Source of the DNA: a virus
Taxonomy: Duplodnaviria; Heunggongvirae; Uroviricota; Caudoviricetes
Reading direction: 5' to 3' (one strand)
IMG/VR virus record: IMGVR_UViG_3300029071_000015
Length of the DNA stretch: 17,566 nucleotides
A program made the translations under genes and the position numbers. This document shows, one piece after another, positions 7,130 through 15,292 of this stretch; position 1 is the stretch's first letter, and every line of letters starts with the position of its first letter. The notes under the pieces are model-generated. The model made no database searches, was not told the DNA's origin, and saw nothing but the letters and a program-made list of their open reading frames with translations.

Positions 7130-7415
7130 AAAGTTTTTTTGCATTTAACTGTTCATACTGTTCACCTTGGTTATTTCTCATTTTATATCATGCAGTTAAG
7201 TGATGATGAGTTGGTGAAGGGTGAACAGTCGACTCTTCACCTTTGTTCGTTTTACTCATTCTGGGGGGGCCCCGTCAGGCGATACACGGGGGGATAAAAA
7301 GTTTTTTCCGGTTTTACTGTTCACACTGTTCACCTCTGGTTTTTTATCAATAATTTCATGGTGATACAGGGTGAACATACGGTGAAGGGTGAACAGTGGA
7401 GTGTTCACCCTGTGG
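7130..7415. promoter_or_regulatory. crr-like cis replication region: two ~120-bp direct repeats containing TGTTCACC-type iterons in both orientations
   Basis: Unit 1 (about 7130..7245) and unit 2 (about 7296..7415) each contain aaaaagttttttt, ctgttcaNactgttcacc and ggtgaagggtgaacag; TGTTCACC is the P4 alpha-protein type I iteron; located just past the 3' end of the primase gene, as crr is in P4. Confidence 0.55.
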
Positions 7416-7461
7416 CAATGTCCAGTAAGAAAATGACCGGCTATTGCCGGTCTTAGGTTGG

Positions 7462-9795
7462 TTATGCCTCTGCGGGGTCGTCGCACTTCGGCAGCCAGTC
7501 GCCGTAGCTTTCCTCTTTCAGCGACAGGTTAGTCTGTATCCCCTGCTTTGTGTGCCGCTTCTCATAATTCAGGCCGTACTCTTTCAGCATCATGGGCAGC
7601 CCCAGCCCGAACATTTTCAGGCTGAGTACGTTCCTGTACCCGTTAGCCTCCATATAGGCCAGATACGCGTGATAGAGATATTTACGGTAATTACGCGGGA
7701 TGATGCTGGCATTCCCCATAAACATCCCGTTGGTCTGCGGGAGCATTTCCAGATAGCCGCAAAAATCAAACGTCGGGTCAGCATCGCGCTTGATGCTGAG
7801 CGCCTCGTCGGAGTTCTGCTGCGACTGGAGCAGTGCGCGCGCTGCCATCGGGTCGCTGAATTTCTGCATAAGCTGGCGCACAATCACGGCCAGCTCACGC
7901 GCAATTTTATCCCTGAGCTGCGGGTCGCGTTCCTCCGGCGCAATCTGCTCCGGGAAGTGGATAATCACCCGGCGGCGCGACACACCGCCGCTGCGGTCGG
8001 TGAAGCGCATGGGGTTATTGTTCACGGCCAGAATCACCGCCGGAATATGTGTTGAGTATGGGTTCTGGTATTTCGGGTCAACTGAGACCGCATCGCCGCC
8101 GGTGATGGCCTTAAGTCCTGCGCCGTCACCGCTCCATTTTTCCTGGTCTGGCAGACGGATTAGCGAGAAGCCAATCAGGGAGGCACGCTTGCGCGGGTCT
8201 TCCAGTGTGTCGATATCGGCCGACGTGGCGTTATCTTCCCCGGCGAGCAGGGTCGCGATTTCGGCCAGAATACTTTTGCCGCTCCCGCCGGGGCCGGTGA
8301 CTTCGAGAAAGAGCTGCCAGTCGTAGCGGTTCGCCAGTACCATAAACAGCGCGGCCAGAATCACGTCGCGTTTTTGTGGATTTTTGCCGGCCGCACGGTC
8401 GAGCCAGCGCCAGAAGTTCGGCGAGTGAGTCTCCAGCGTTTCCCCGTCCACCGGTGGGGTGAAATCCACGTCGCACAGCGTGCGCAGCCAGTGTGATTTA
8501 CTGTGCGGGCTGAACAGGCCGCTCTGGGTATCGAGTACCCCGTTGCGAAAGCCAATCAGACGACGCGCCGGTGTATCCTGCTGCGGAATAATCAGTTTCA
8601 GGGTCTCCACCACCGAGGCAATTTTCCCCGATGAGAACGGGGCGCGCAGACGCTGGAATAAGTCAGCCACATTCCGTGAAAAAGTGGCGGCAGGGATATT
8701 TTTCCAGATGCCGTTTTCATAGCGGGACAGGAGCTGGCCGTTTGCATCCACCGCCAGCGCTTCGCCGTAATGCTCATGCACCCGCAAGGCCTTGTCGCTG
8801 GCGCTCATGGCGGTAAATTCCGCCTCGCTCATGGTATCAAACGGGCTTTGCGCCGGTGGCCGGATAGCGTCATAAATGGCTTTGCGTGTCGCATCCTCAC
8901 CATTCTGCATAAACGCATCATTCCAGTCACCGAACACCGGCGGCAGGGCGACAATGCCCTCACAGGCTTCTGCGGCCGCGGCGGCTTTACTCTGGCCGTC
9001 GCCGTTAAGGTCACGGTCGGCGGCGAGCACAATCTGACAGGCCGGGTGTTTTTGTCGGGCAAGGCTCGCCAGAGAAAGGAGGTTCACGGAGGACAGCGCC
9101 ACCATGACGGTTTCGCCGGTCAGGTGATGCACGGTGAGCGCGGTCGCATAACCCTCCGCTATCCACAGGCGCTTTCCCGCCTGTTTTTTCCCTTCGATGA
9201 TGTGGCACGCTCCTTTTACCGCCCCGCCTTTCAGGGTGCGTTTGAGACCGTCAGAATTAATAAGCTGAACGTTAACCAGCGCCCCGGCATCGTCATACAG
9301 TGGGACAACCATATCACCGGCGCGGAACGTCACACCGCCGGTTTTGTGTGTGGCCGTCAGCATGACACACTCATGACCGGGGAATCCCTTGCGGGTGAGG
9401 TAGGCATTGCCGCTGGCCGGTCGGGTTTTCTCCATGAGCCTGACGGCCAGCGCGGCCGCCGCCTGGCGGTCAACCTCCGTTTCTGCTTCTGCGGCCGCAA
9501 TCACTTCCGGGGCAACCGGCGGCAGGTTGCCGGTCACGGCGTTCACCTTTTGAGCTGCCTCTGACGGATTTACACCGAACACCTTTTCAACCAGCTTAAG
9601 CCCGTCACCTGCGCCACACTGATTGCAAAACCACGTCCCGCGCCCTTCTTTATCATCAAAGCGGAAACGGTCAGAGCCGCCACACACCGGGCAGGACTGA
9701 TGGCGGTTTTTAATCACCTTCACACCCAGCGCAGGGAGAATGTGCGGCCAGTGGCCGCAGGCCTGTTTTACCGTTTCTGTTACGTTCATTTTCAT
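7462..9795 (-). CDS. P4 alpha-like primase-helicase (zinc-binding primase, P-loop NTPase)
   Basis: Long ORF; start chosen at MKMNVTETV with RBS gagggagaaaacaaccATG; N-terminal zinc-finger CPVCGGSDRF...FCNQCG; Walker A GPGGSGKS; size comparable to P4 alpha. Confidence 0.9.
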   Translation of the reverse strand: MKMNVTETVKQACGHWPHILPALGVKVIKNRHQSCPVCGGSDRFRFDDKEGRGTWFCNQCGAGDGLKLVEKVFGVNPSEAAQKVNAVTGNLPPVAPEVIAAAEAETEVDRQAAAALAVRLMEKTRPASGNAYLTRKGFPGHECVMLTATHKTGGVTFRAGDMVVPLYDDAGALVNVQLINSDGLKRTLKGGAVKGACHIIEGKKQAGKRLWIAEGYATALTVHHLTGETVMVALSSVNLLSLASLARQKHPACQIVLAADRDLNGDGQSKAAAAAEACEGIVALPPVFGDWNDAFMQNGEDATRKAIYDAIRPPAQSPFDTMSEAEFTAMSASDKALRVHEHYGEALAVDANGQLLSRYENGIWKNIPAATFSRNVADLFQRLRAPFSSGKIASVVETLKLIIPQQDTPARRLIGFRNGVLDTQSGLFSPHSKSHWLRTLCDVDFTPPVDGETLETHSPNFWRWLDRAAGKNPQKRDVILAALFMVLANRYDWQLFLEVTGPGGSGKSILAEIATLLAGEDNATSADIDTLEDPRKRASLIGFSLIRLPDQEKWSGDGAGLKAITGGDAVSVDPKYQNPYSTHIPAVILAVNNNPMRFTDRSGGVSRRRVIIHFPEQIAPEERDPQLRDKIARELAVIVRQLMQKFSDPMAARALLQSQQNSDEALSIKRDADPTFDFCGYLEMLPQTNGMFMGNASIIPRNYRKYLYHAYLAYMEANGYRNVLSLKMFGLGLPMMLKEYGLNYEKRHTKQGIQTNLSLKEESYGDWLPKCDDPAEA

Positions 9796-9809
9796 GGTTG
9801 TTTTCTCCC

Positions 9810-10130
9810 TCAGTGCAGTACCGGCGCGGTGATATGACGGGCGCAAAGCTCATCCATCACGGCCAGCCCGAGAAAGGACAGCGACGGCGCGGCTTTGAGT
9901 GGTCCGGCTTCCATTAAATCCTCCAGTAGTGCACAGGCAATCTGGCGGCCTTTTTCCTCGCCGTGCTGGCGCAGGTAGAAGCCCTCCAGTTCGGCGGCAA
10001 TAGTGCTTTCCAGCGCGTCGAGGGTGAGGTGTGGATGGCGGTGCTGACGTTCGCACAGGGTCAGCCATGCACAGGCCACGGCGCGACGATACAGCGCGGC
10101 GCGTAATACGGGCGGTAATGGCTTTTTCAT
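9810..10130 (-). CDS. Hypothetical protein, P4-family early-operon gene upstream of primase
   Basis: 106-aa ORF ending 14 nt upstream of the primase start; ATGA overlap with the preceding gene suggests an operon. Confidence 0.5.
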   Translation of the reverse strand: MKKPLPPVLRAALYRRAVACAWLTLCERQHRHPHLTLDALESTIAAELEGFYLRQHGEEKGRQIACALLEDLMEAGPLKAAPSLSFLGLAVMDELCARHITAPVLH

Positions 10131-10354
10131 ACGTTACCCTCCCCGGTCAGCCAGTGCTGATTGCAGCGTTCTACCACGCCGTCGAGCTGGGCAGTCATGA
10201 GATAAATCACGGAGGTGAGCTGTAACTGCTGCGCCGGGTCACGCCTAACGGTCGCGCAGTCCTGCACCTGCATCAGGTCGCCGACGAGCTGGCCGACATT
10301 GCGCATATGCTCCAGACATTCGAGGTCACGGGCGGTAATGGTGGTGTGTCTCAT
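10127..10354 (-). CDS. Hypothetical small protein (early operon)
   Basis: About 75-aa ORF; start placed at the second ATG, which overlaps the stop of the upstream small ORF (gcATGAgacac). Confidence 0.45.
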   Translation of the reverse strand: MRHTTITARDLECLEHMRNVGQLVGDLMQVQDCATVRRDPAQQLQLTSVIYLMTAQLDGVVERCNQHWLTGEGNV

Positions 10355-10545
10355 GCGCACACCTCCGCAACCGGCAGACGGCCAGCGAACGAGAGAAAGT
10401 AATCGCGAACGAGAGAAAGGCGAGCGGCGTGCTCATCACCGGCAACGGTGCGAAGCATACAGATACGGGGTTTACGGTCTGCGCGACGAACGGCGGCAAA
10501 CACAAAGACAAACTGCGGGTGTGACGGGGTGAGGGTCGTAGCCAT
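10351..10545 (-). CDS. Hypothetical small protein (64 aa)
   Basis: Short version of the 183-aa ORF, starting at MATTLTPSH with GGAG about 9 nt upstream; the longer form would overlap the AlpA-like gene and an apparently non-coding region. Confidence 0.3.
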   Translation of the reverse strand: MATTLTPSHPQFVFVFAAVRRADRKPRICMLRTVAGDEHAARLSLVRDYFLSFAGRLPVAEVCA

Positions 10546-10747
10546 AGCGGCAATCTCCAATAAGTAGCGGTTATCGCCACCACAAGAGCTGCAAATCTCA
10601 TGGGTGGTAGCCCGGACAGGGTTTGCAGTACCGGCCTTATTGGAAACCGGCCAGCCCGAAGGCTGCCCCGCCCGGACCACCATTATCTGACAGGAGCCAC
10701 GGTGTAAGCACCACAGCCCGAAAAATAGGTGTGTCTGAGCAACGACA

Positions 10748-10770
10748 TAAAAAAACACGCTCGGCGCGTG
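10748..10770 (-). terminator. Putative intrinsic terminator (minus strand) downstream of the AlpA-like gene
   Basis: 6-bp stem acacgc/gcgtgt with 5-nt loop, followed on the minus strand by a run of 7-8 U. Confidence 0.35.
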
Positions 10771-10898
10771 TTGTGTCGCCAATAAGTTACACGGGCTGCA
10801 AATCCCGGCTGCCGATTTTGCGACAGCGGGAAAACTATACCTGGAAACGGCGAAAAGAAGCAAGCCAGAAAAAGGGGCTGTTTGCTGAACGGTCATCA

Positions 10899-11165
10899 TC
10901 ACGCGTCATAGCCCTGGTTACGTTCGGCAATGCGATCCGCCATCCATGCAGTGATTTCAGACTGCGCCCACGCCACATTTTTTCCGCCGAGGGAGATTTG
11001 TTTCGGGAAGGCTTCCCGGCTGATAAGGTCGTAAATGGTCGAACGGGACAGGCCGCACAGATGCATCACTTCGGGCAGACGGATAAAGCGCTCGTGAACG
11101 GTATCAGAAACCGGCATCAGCGGCGCGGCAGGGGCAGAAGACGGGGAAGAAAAAGCGGTGTGCAT
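10899..11165 (-). CDS. AlpA/Vis-family phage transcriptional regulator (excisionase-like HTH)
   Basis: 88-aa ORF containing [42 protein letters not shown], typical of AlpA-family proteins; RBS gaggtagcccgATG; the true start may be the internal Met (MPVSD). Confidence 0.75.
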   Translation of the reverse strand: MHTAFSSPSSAPAAPLMPVSDTVHERFIRLPEVMHLCGLSRSTIYDLISREAFPKQISLGGKNVAWAQSEITAWMADRIAERNQGYDA

Positions 11166-11294
11166 CGGGCTACCTCATAAAGTCCATACAGTGCCGGTCG
11201 TGTCCGTCCGGCTTCGGGTAACTCCTTATTATGTCTATATTTTTCCTCAGGTCATGTGAGATTTTCGGGGAAACAAACATTGACTTTTCCCTAT

Positions 11295-11331
11295 GGCAAA
11301 CAAAGGCAAACGCTGGCAAACATATGCAAAT
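11295..11331. promoter_or_regulatory. Four 7-bp direct repeats (GGCAAAC x3, TGCAAAT) at exact 10-bp spacing: putative operator array
   Basis: Repeats start at 11295, 11305, 11315 and 11325; one helical turn apart; in the divergent regulatory region between the AlpA-like and sid-like genes. Confidence 0.4.
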
Positions 11332-11339
11332 CACTGCAT

Positions 11340-11540
11340 TACAATGCAGCAATTTCTATTTCTTTTAGTTATATATTTTTTATTTTTAATCGAAATAAAA
11401 TCTAGATGCTATAGCCAGGGCAAAACAGGAGGGTGAACAGTGGTGAACAGTCGGTGAACAGTCAGACCCTCAACTGTTCACCATTTAACTTACTGTATTA
11501 CTTATCTTTTTATTTAAGGTGAACAGTGGTGAATAGTTAT
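11340..11540. promoter_or_regulatory. ori-like region: AT-rich stretch plus cluster of GGTGAACA/TGTTCACC iterons
   Basis: AT-rich 11340..11410; iterons gggtgaacagtggtgaacagtcggtgaacagt...ctgttcacc (11432..11483) and ggtgaacagtggtgaatagt (11517..11538); same octamer as in the crr-like region. Confidence 0.5.
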
Positions 11541-11612
11541 AAGTAAAAAAACAAACGGTGAGTTAGATTTTCCTGCGACCTTTCTCTGGCCAGCCTGATT
11601 TTAAGGTCTGTT

Positions 11613-11630
11613 TGTGCCAGCACTCTGACA
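11613..11630 (+). promoter_or_regulatory. TGT-N12-ACA element, candidate Ogr/Delta-activated late promoter site (Psid-like)
   Basis: tgtgccagcactctgaca lies ~75-90 bp upstream of the sid-like start; P2/P4 late promoters carry a TGT-N12-ACA activator site around -55. Confidence 0.3.
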
Positions 11631-11702
11631 ACGGTAATGAATCGTGTTGTTGTGCAGGAGGCGTCAGAATCATTTCAGGTTGAACACACGGAGAGCCTGA
11701 AC

Positions 11703-12446
11703 ATGAAACCCGAACTCATTATCAAAGCCATGCAGACCGTTATCAGTAAACAGGATGAAGGCGCGGAACAACGCATTGCCGGTGCGCTGGCCGCACTTAA
11801 CGAAGCAAAAGACGCATACATGGCCAGCATGGAAAAACTCAGCGACATTGAGGCTTCCATTCAGCGTTGTGAGCAGGAACGACAGACTGCCCTCAGTGAA
11901 AGCGCACAGGCCGAACAGGACTGGCGCAGCCGCTTTCGAACCCTGCGTGGCAACCTCACTCCTGAACTGAAAGCTGAACACAGTAAGCGTATCGCCAGCC
12001 GCGAACTGGCTGATGAGTTCACCGGTCTGATTACCGAGCTCGAGAAAGACAAAAGCCTCGCCATGCTTGGCGCATGCTCCTCCGGTACGGCTTATATCCG
12101 CGCCCATGAAAAAGCATTCACCACTTACGCCAACAGCGAGTGGAAGAAGGCGCAGGCCGGAATCAGCCCCGCACTGTTACGTGCCTTCCTGTTGCGTATA
12201 CGGTCGCTGGAAATGAGTGGGGAAACCTCGCCGCGCGCGACCGTGAATCGCGAGCTGGGTGATGCACTTAATATGCAGTCAGCCCTGTATCATTTTAATA
12301 TTACACAGGAGCCGGTTCTGTCCGTAACGGGCATGAATCGTCCGGTAATTACCGGGGTTGATATGGAACTGTTCAAAAGCCCCGCCAAACGGATGAAGCT
12401 TGCCGCTGAACTGGCAGCCAAAAACCCTGAACAGGCGGAGGGCTGA
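11703..12446 (+). CDS. Sid-like protein (putative capsid-size-determination / external scaffold), divergent
   Basis: About 247 aa from the internal Met with RBS ggagagcctgaacATG; coiled-coil-like, Ala/Glu/Gln-rich; sits immediately upstream of delta and psu as sid does in P4; C-terminal segment (EPVLSVTGMNRPVITGVDMELF) shows weak resemblance to the P4 Sid C-terminus seen at 2567..2698. Confidence 0.55.
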   Translation: MKPELIIKAMQTVISKQDEGAEQRIAGALAALNEAKDAYMASMEKLSDIEASIQRCEQERQTALSESAQAEQDWRSRFRTLRGNLTPELKAEHSKRIASRELADEFTGLITELEKDKSLAMLGACSSGTAYIRAHEKAFTTYANSEWKKAQAGISPALLRAFLLRIRSLEMSGETSPRATVNRELGDALNMQSALYHFNITQEPVLSVTGMNRPVITGVDMELFKSPAKRMKLAAELAAKNPEQAEG

Positions 12447-12449
12447 ATT

Positions 12450-12689
12450 ATGTTTCACTGCCCGTTCTGCAAAAAGACCTCGCATGTCCGAACCAGCCGG
12501 TATCTGTCGGAAAACGTCAAACAGCGTTATCACCAGTGTACCAATATCGAATGCTCGGCCACTTTCCGCACCATCGAGTCTGTTGACGGTGTGATACGTG
12601 CCGCACCGGAGAAAACCGACCCCGCCCCGGTGACGCCAGCGCCGCCGCGTAAAGTACAGGGCTGCTACAGCTCGCCGTTCCGGCATTAA
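12450..12689 (+). CDS. Ogr/Delta-family zinc-finger late transcription activator
   Basis: 79-aa ORF MFHCPFCKKTSHVRTSRY...YHQCTNIECSATF with the CxxC...CxxC arrangement of P2 Ogr / P4 delta; starts 3 nt after the sid-like stop. Confidence 0.85.
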   Translation: MFHCPFCKKTSHVRTSRYLSENVKQRYHQCTNIECSATFRTIESVDGVIRAAPEKTDPAPVTPAPPRKVQGCYSSPFRH

Positions 12690-12704
12690 TCAGGAGAGAG
12701 ACAC

Positions 12705-13271
12705 GTGACCACTGTGACATTGCAGCAGGCCTTTGAGGCCTGTCAGACGAACAAAAACACCTGGCTGAAACGTAAAGCCGAACTGGCCGACCTTGAACTT
12801 GAATACCGTGAACAGCTCCTTGCCGGTGACGAACAAATCCCGCGCAAAATGCAGGATTTGCGCGACAATATCGACGTGAAAAAATGGGAGATTAATCAGA
12901 CTGCCGGTCGCTATATCCGCTCACATGAGGAGGTGCAGCACATCAGCATTCGCAACCGGCTCAATGACTTTATGCAGCAGCACGGCGCGGAGCTGGCCGC
13001 CACGCTGGCACCTGAGCTGATGGGATATCACGAACAGCTTCCCGCAGTAAAACAGAGCGCCATGCAGCACTCGGTTGATTATCTGCGTGAAGCCCTGTCG
13101 GTGTGGCTGGCCGCCGGTGAAAAAATTAATTATTCCGTGCAGGACAGCGATATTTTAACGGCCATCGGATTCAGGCCTGATGCGGCTTCGCGGGATGATA
13201 GTCGCGAAAAATTCACCCCGGCACAGAACCTGATTTACACCCGCCGACGTGCAGAACTGGCCACACGGTAG
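12705..13271 (+). CDS. psu: Psu-like polarity suppression protein
   Basis: 188-aa ORF (GTG start with RBS caggagagagacacGTG) with conserved blocks AGRYIRSHE.VQHISI, RLNDFMQQHG, LAPELMGY, GEKINYS.QDSDILTAIGFRPD and DSREKFTPAQN matching my recollection of P4 Psu and the pseudogene copy at 2821..3393. Confidence 0.85.
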   Translation: MTTVTLQQAFEACQTNKNTWLKRKAELADLELEYREQLLAGDEQIPRKMQDLRDNIDVKKWEINQTAGRYIRSHEEVQHISIRNRLNDFMQQHGAELAATLAPELMGYHEQLPAVKQSAMQHSVDYLREALSVWLAAGEKINYSVQDSDILTAIGFRPDAASRDDSREKFTPAQNLIYTRRRAELATR

Positions 13272-13310
13272 CACGCGAAAAAATCCCCGAAAATTCCGCT
13301 ATTTTTCCTG

Positions 13311-13346
13311 AAAAAAGCCATGCATCCATAAGGTGCATGGTTTTGC
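13311..13346 (+). terminator. Putative intrinsic terminator after psu
   Basis: Hairpin gccatgca-tccataagg-tgcatgg followed by tttt. Confidence 0.4.
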
Positions 13347-13444
13347 ATGCAAATCCCCGTATTTTTTATCCCACGCAACACCAGTGCCGGTGCGGCCTGA
13401 GGCCGTTCATGCACCTGCATTAAAAGCGACCTCTTAAGCGGGCA

Positions 13445-13463
13445 GGCGTGGCGGGGAGAGCAT
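13445..13463. other. Variant cos-like site (16/19 match to the P2/P4 cohesive-end sequence)
   Basis: ggcgtggcggggagagcat versus canonical ggcgaggcggggaaagcac (present intact at 3558..3576); same position relative to psu and the upstream hairpin. Confidence 0.45.
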
Positions 13464-13588
13464 TGCGCGCTAAGCCGTGAGGATAATTATTATCCTACTC
13501 ATGACCTGTCTAATCGGAAAGAAGTGAAAATATTCATGTAACCCCTGAATATTTAACGTTAAACCGATCAAATTCTAGGGCGAAAATA

Positions 13589-13618
13589 TTGCCTGAGCTA
13601 AGTCAATGGGAGTATGCT
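13589..13618 (+). promoter_or_regulatory. Candidate sigma70 promoter for the cargo cassette
   Basis: TTGCCT-N18-TATGCT about 50 bp upstream of the cassette start codon at 13669; weak match, by eye only. Confidence 0.25.
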
Positions 13619-13668
13619 TAATTTTTGATCATGGTGCATATCCAAAGATAAGAAGCTAAGGAAAGAGC

Positions 13669-14748
13669 ATGAATGTAGGGCATCTCAATTTTTTCAAGGT
13701 TAATAAGTGCGGTTTATACAAGGTAAATGATGACAATACCTATGGTTTAGAACTAAGCGAAACATTTGACCTCATACAGGATTGGGTAGGAACTAAACCT
13801 CTTGCACTCACCATACCATGGGACCCAAAAGAAAAACCCAATAGATCAAAGTGTTATTGTAAAGACATCTACAAAGATGAAAATACTGGTGATTTTTTAA
13901 TCATGTTATGGAAATCTGATACTGATAGTACTGGTTCTTTATTAGGAGCGAGTGAAGACGGTGAAATCGGAAGTTCATCAGTGGTTAAATATACTAATAG
14001 CTACAGAGGGAAAAAAGTCATCTGGGGTCGCCCATGCTTTTATTGGGTTATACCTGAACTTGAAACTATAGTTTCTATTAAATTCGATCATTCTGTTTGT
14101 GACTCTGAACTATTTCAAGATTATGTACACTCATCTATTACTAATAGAGTTAAACATAGCAAAAGAGTTAAAAATAAAACCGAGAAAGGTTATATAAGAT
14201 TATCTAATACTGATGACGAAGATTTATATAAATACATGTACAGATTTGATATGAAGCTCCGAAGCTTAGAAACCACTCATGCTGAGTTAGGTAAATTGAT
14301 ATCAAAAATAACACATATTGTTCGCAGAGAAACCATTATTATAAATCCAAATGACGCACGAGCTGATTGGTTAAAGACTTTTAGCACTCTCGTTCCATTT
14401 GTGTCCGGAAAGAAAAACACCAGAACAAGACAGATTGAAATAAAAGCAGAAGCGAAGCCATCCTTGAAAGAAGTTCAAGAAATAATTGAAAAACATTCTG
14501 CTGAGGATAGAGAAAAACGTCTTTGGGATAATGTGGGATTTGCGACGGACAAGGGCATAACATGGGTGGATAAATATAGAATGCGTGATATTCTCAATGT
14601 CCCTTCCGAAGACTATTCGACATATACCGCTGCATATATCTACGAACACATATCACACAAAAGAAAAGAATTCATTTCCCCTATATTAAAAGAGCTAAAA
14701 GCATTAAAATCTCAATCAAGAATAAAGAAAGCATCTGGAGAGGATTGA
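13669..14748 (+). CDS. Hypothetical protein (cargo gene A, 359 aa, soluble, Lys-rich)
   Basis: Long ORF with RBS aaggaaagagcATG; AT-rich codon usage contrasting with the satellite backbone; no catalytic motif I can recognise; stop directly abuts the next start (TGAATG). Confidence 0.7.
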   Translation: MNVGHLNFFKVNKCGLYKVNDDNTYGLELSETFDLIQDWVGTKPLALTIPWDPKEKPNRSKCYCKDIYKDENTGDFLIMLWKSDTDSTGSLLGASEDGEIGSSSVVKYTNSYRGKKVIWGRPCFYWVIPELETIVSIKFDHSVCDSELFQDYVHSSITNRVKHSKRVKNKTEKGYIRLSNTDDEDLYKYMYRFDMKLRSLETTHAELGKLISKITHIVRRETIIINPNDARADWLKTFSTLVPFVSGKKNTRTRQIEIKAEAKPSLKEVQEIIEKHSAEDREKRLWDNVGFATDKGITWVDKYRMRDILNVPSEDYSTYTAAYIYEHISHKRKEFISPILKELKALKSQSRIKKASGED

Positions 14749-15285
14749 ATGTTAAAAGCTATAGTAGGCCTCGTCAAATACACATGGATATACATAGCAA
14801 TATTCATTATATCGCTATTGGTCATTTTACCATCCGATATTTACTATGTGTATAACGATTTTGCTAACTATTGCACTCTTCTCGTATCAGTTTCTGGAAT
14901 GGTTTTTACTATTATGGGGATTTGGTTAGCGTTTCTTTATCCAAATGCTTTGCAGCGTATTGTTAACCCCAAAACTATAGAAACTGTTGATTTCACCGAA
15001 CAACTGGAAGATACAAAAAGGTTAGAAGCAATAGTTGGAAGTGTTCTAAAATCATCTTTCGTTATGATTACTTTACTTGTTGTATATTTAGTTAAACTAG
15101 TATTTTTCAAGAGTCATCTTTATTTAGAGAGTCAAGAAGTAATAAAAGACATATCTTTAGCATTAATTATTGCCATTTCATACATGCAGATTGAGGCAGT
15201 GATTAGTGTAATACTAGCTAATGTTATGTTTATCAATGATTTACATAATAAGCGAGAGCAAAGAGACATCGACGATCAAGTATGA
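14749..15285 (+). CDS. Hypothetical integral membrane protein (cargo gene B, 178 aa, ~4 TM helices)
   Basis: Four hydrophobic segments (WIYIAIFIISLLVIL, LLVSVSGMVFTIMGIWLAFLY, FVMITLLVVYLVKLVFF, LALIIAISYMQIEAVISVILANVMFI); translationally coupled to gene A. Confidence 0.7.
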   Translation: MLKAIVGLVKYTWIYIAIFIISLLVILPSDIYYVYNDFANYCTLLVSVSGMVFTIMGIWLAFLYPNALQRIVNPKTIETVDFTEQLEDTKRLEAIVGSVLKSSFVMITLLVVYLVKLVFFKSHLYLESQEVIKDISLALIIAISYMQIEAVISVILANVMFINDLHNKREQRDIDDQV

Positions 15286-15292
15286 GGAAAAA

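Noticed and set aside
7130-7415. Possible CRISPR array or generic tandem repeat suggested by the repeated GTGAACAG/TGTTCACC motifs (also at 11432..11538)
   Set aside because: Repeats are 8-bp iterons in both orientations with irregular spacing and no repeat-spacer structure; they fit P4-type alpha-binding iterons instead.
7444-9564. Several long plus-strand ORFs (7444..8055, 7790..8326, 8459..8722, 8770..9564 and others) and short minus-strand ORFs inside the primase region
   Set aside because: They overlap the 2.3-kb primase gene, which has clear zinc-finger and Walker A motifs. They are Arg/Ala/Gly-rich with no RBS or motifs, typical of spurious frames in GC-rich DNA.
10351-10902. 183-aa ORF spanning from the small genes to the AlpA-like gene stop, and the overlapping 91-aa ORF 10326..10601
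   Set aside because: The long form crosses an apparently non-coding region with a terminator-like hairpin and overlaps the AlpA-like stop; only the short 64-aa C-terminal portion with an RBS is plausible.
11670-12107. Minus-strand ORFs (11670..12107, 11675..11860, 11861..12064) and plus-strand ORF 11755..11970 within the sid-like gene
   Set aside because: Antisense or alternative-frame ORFs overlapping a gene with operon context (sid-like, delta, psu); no independent support.
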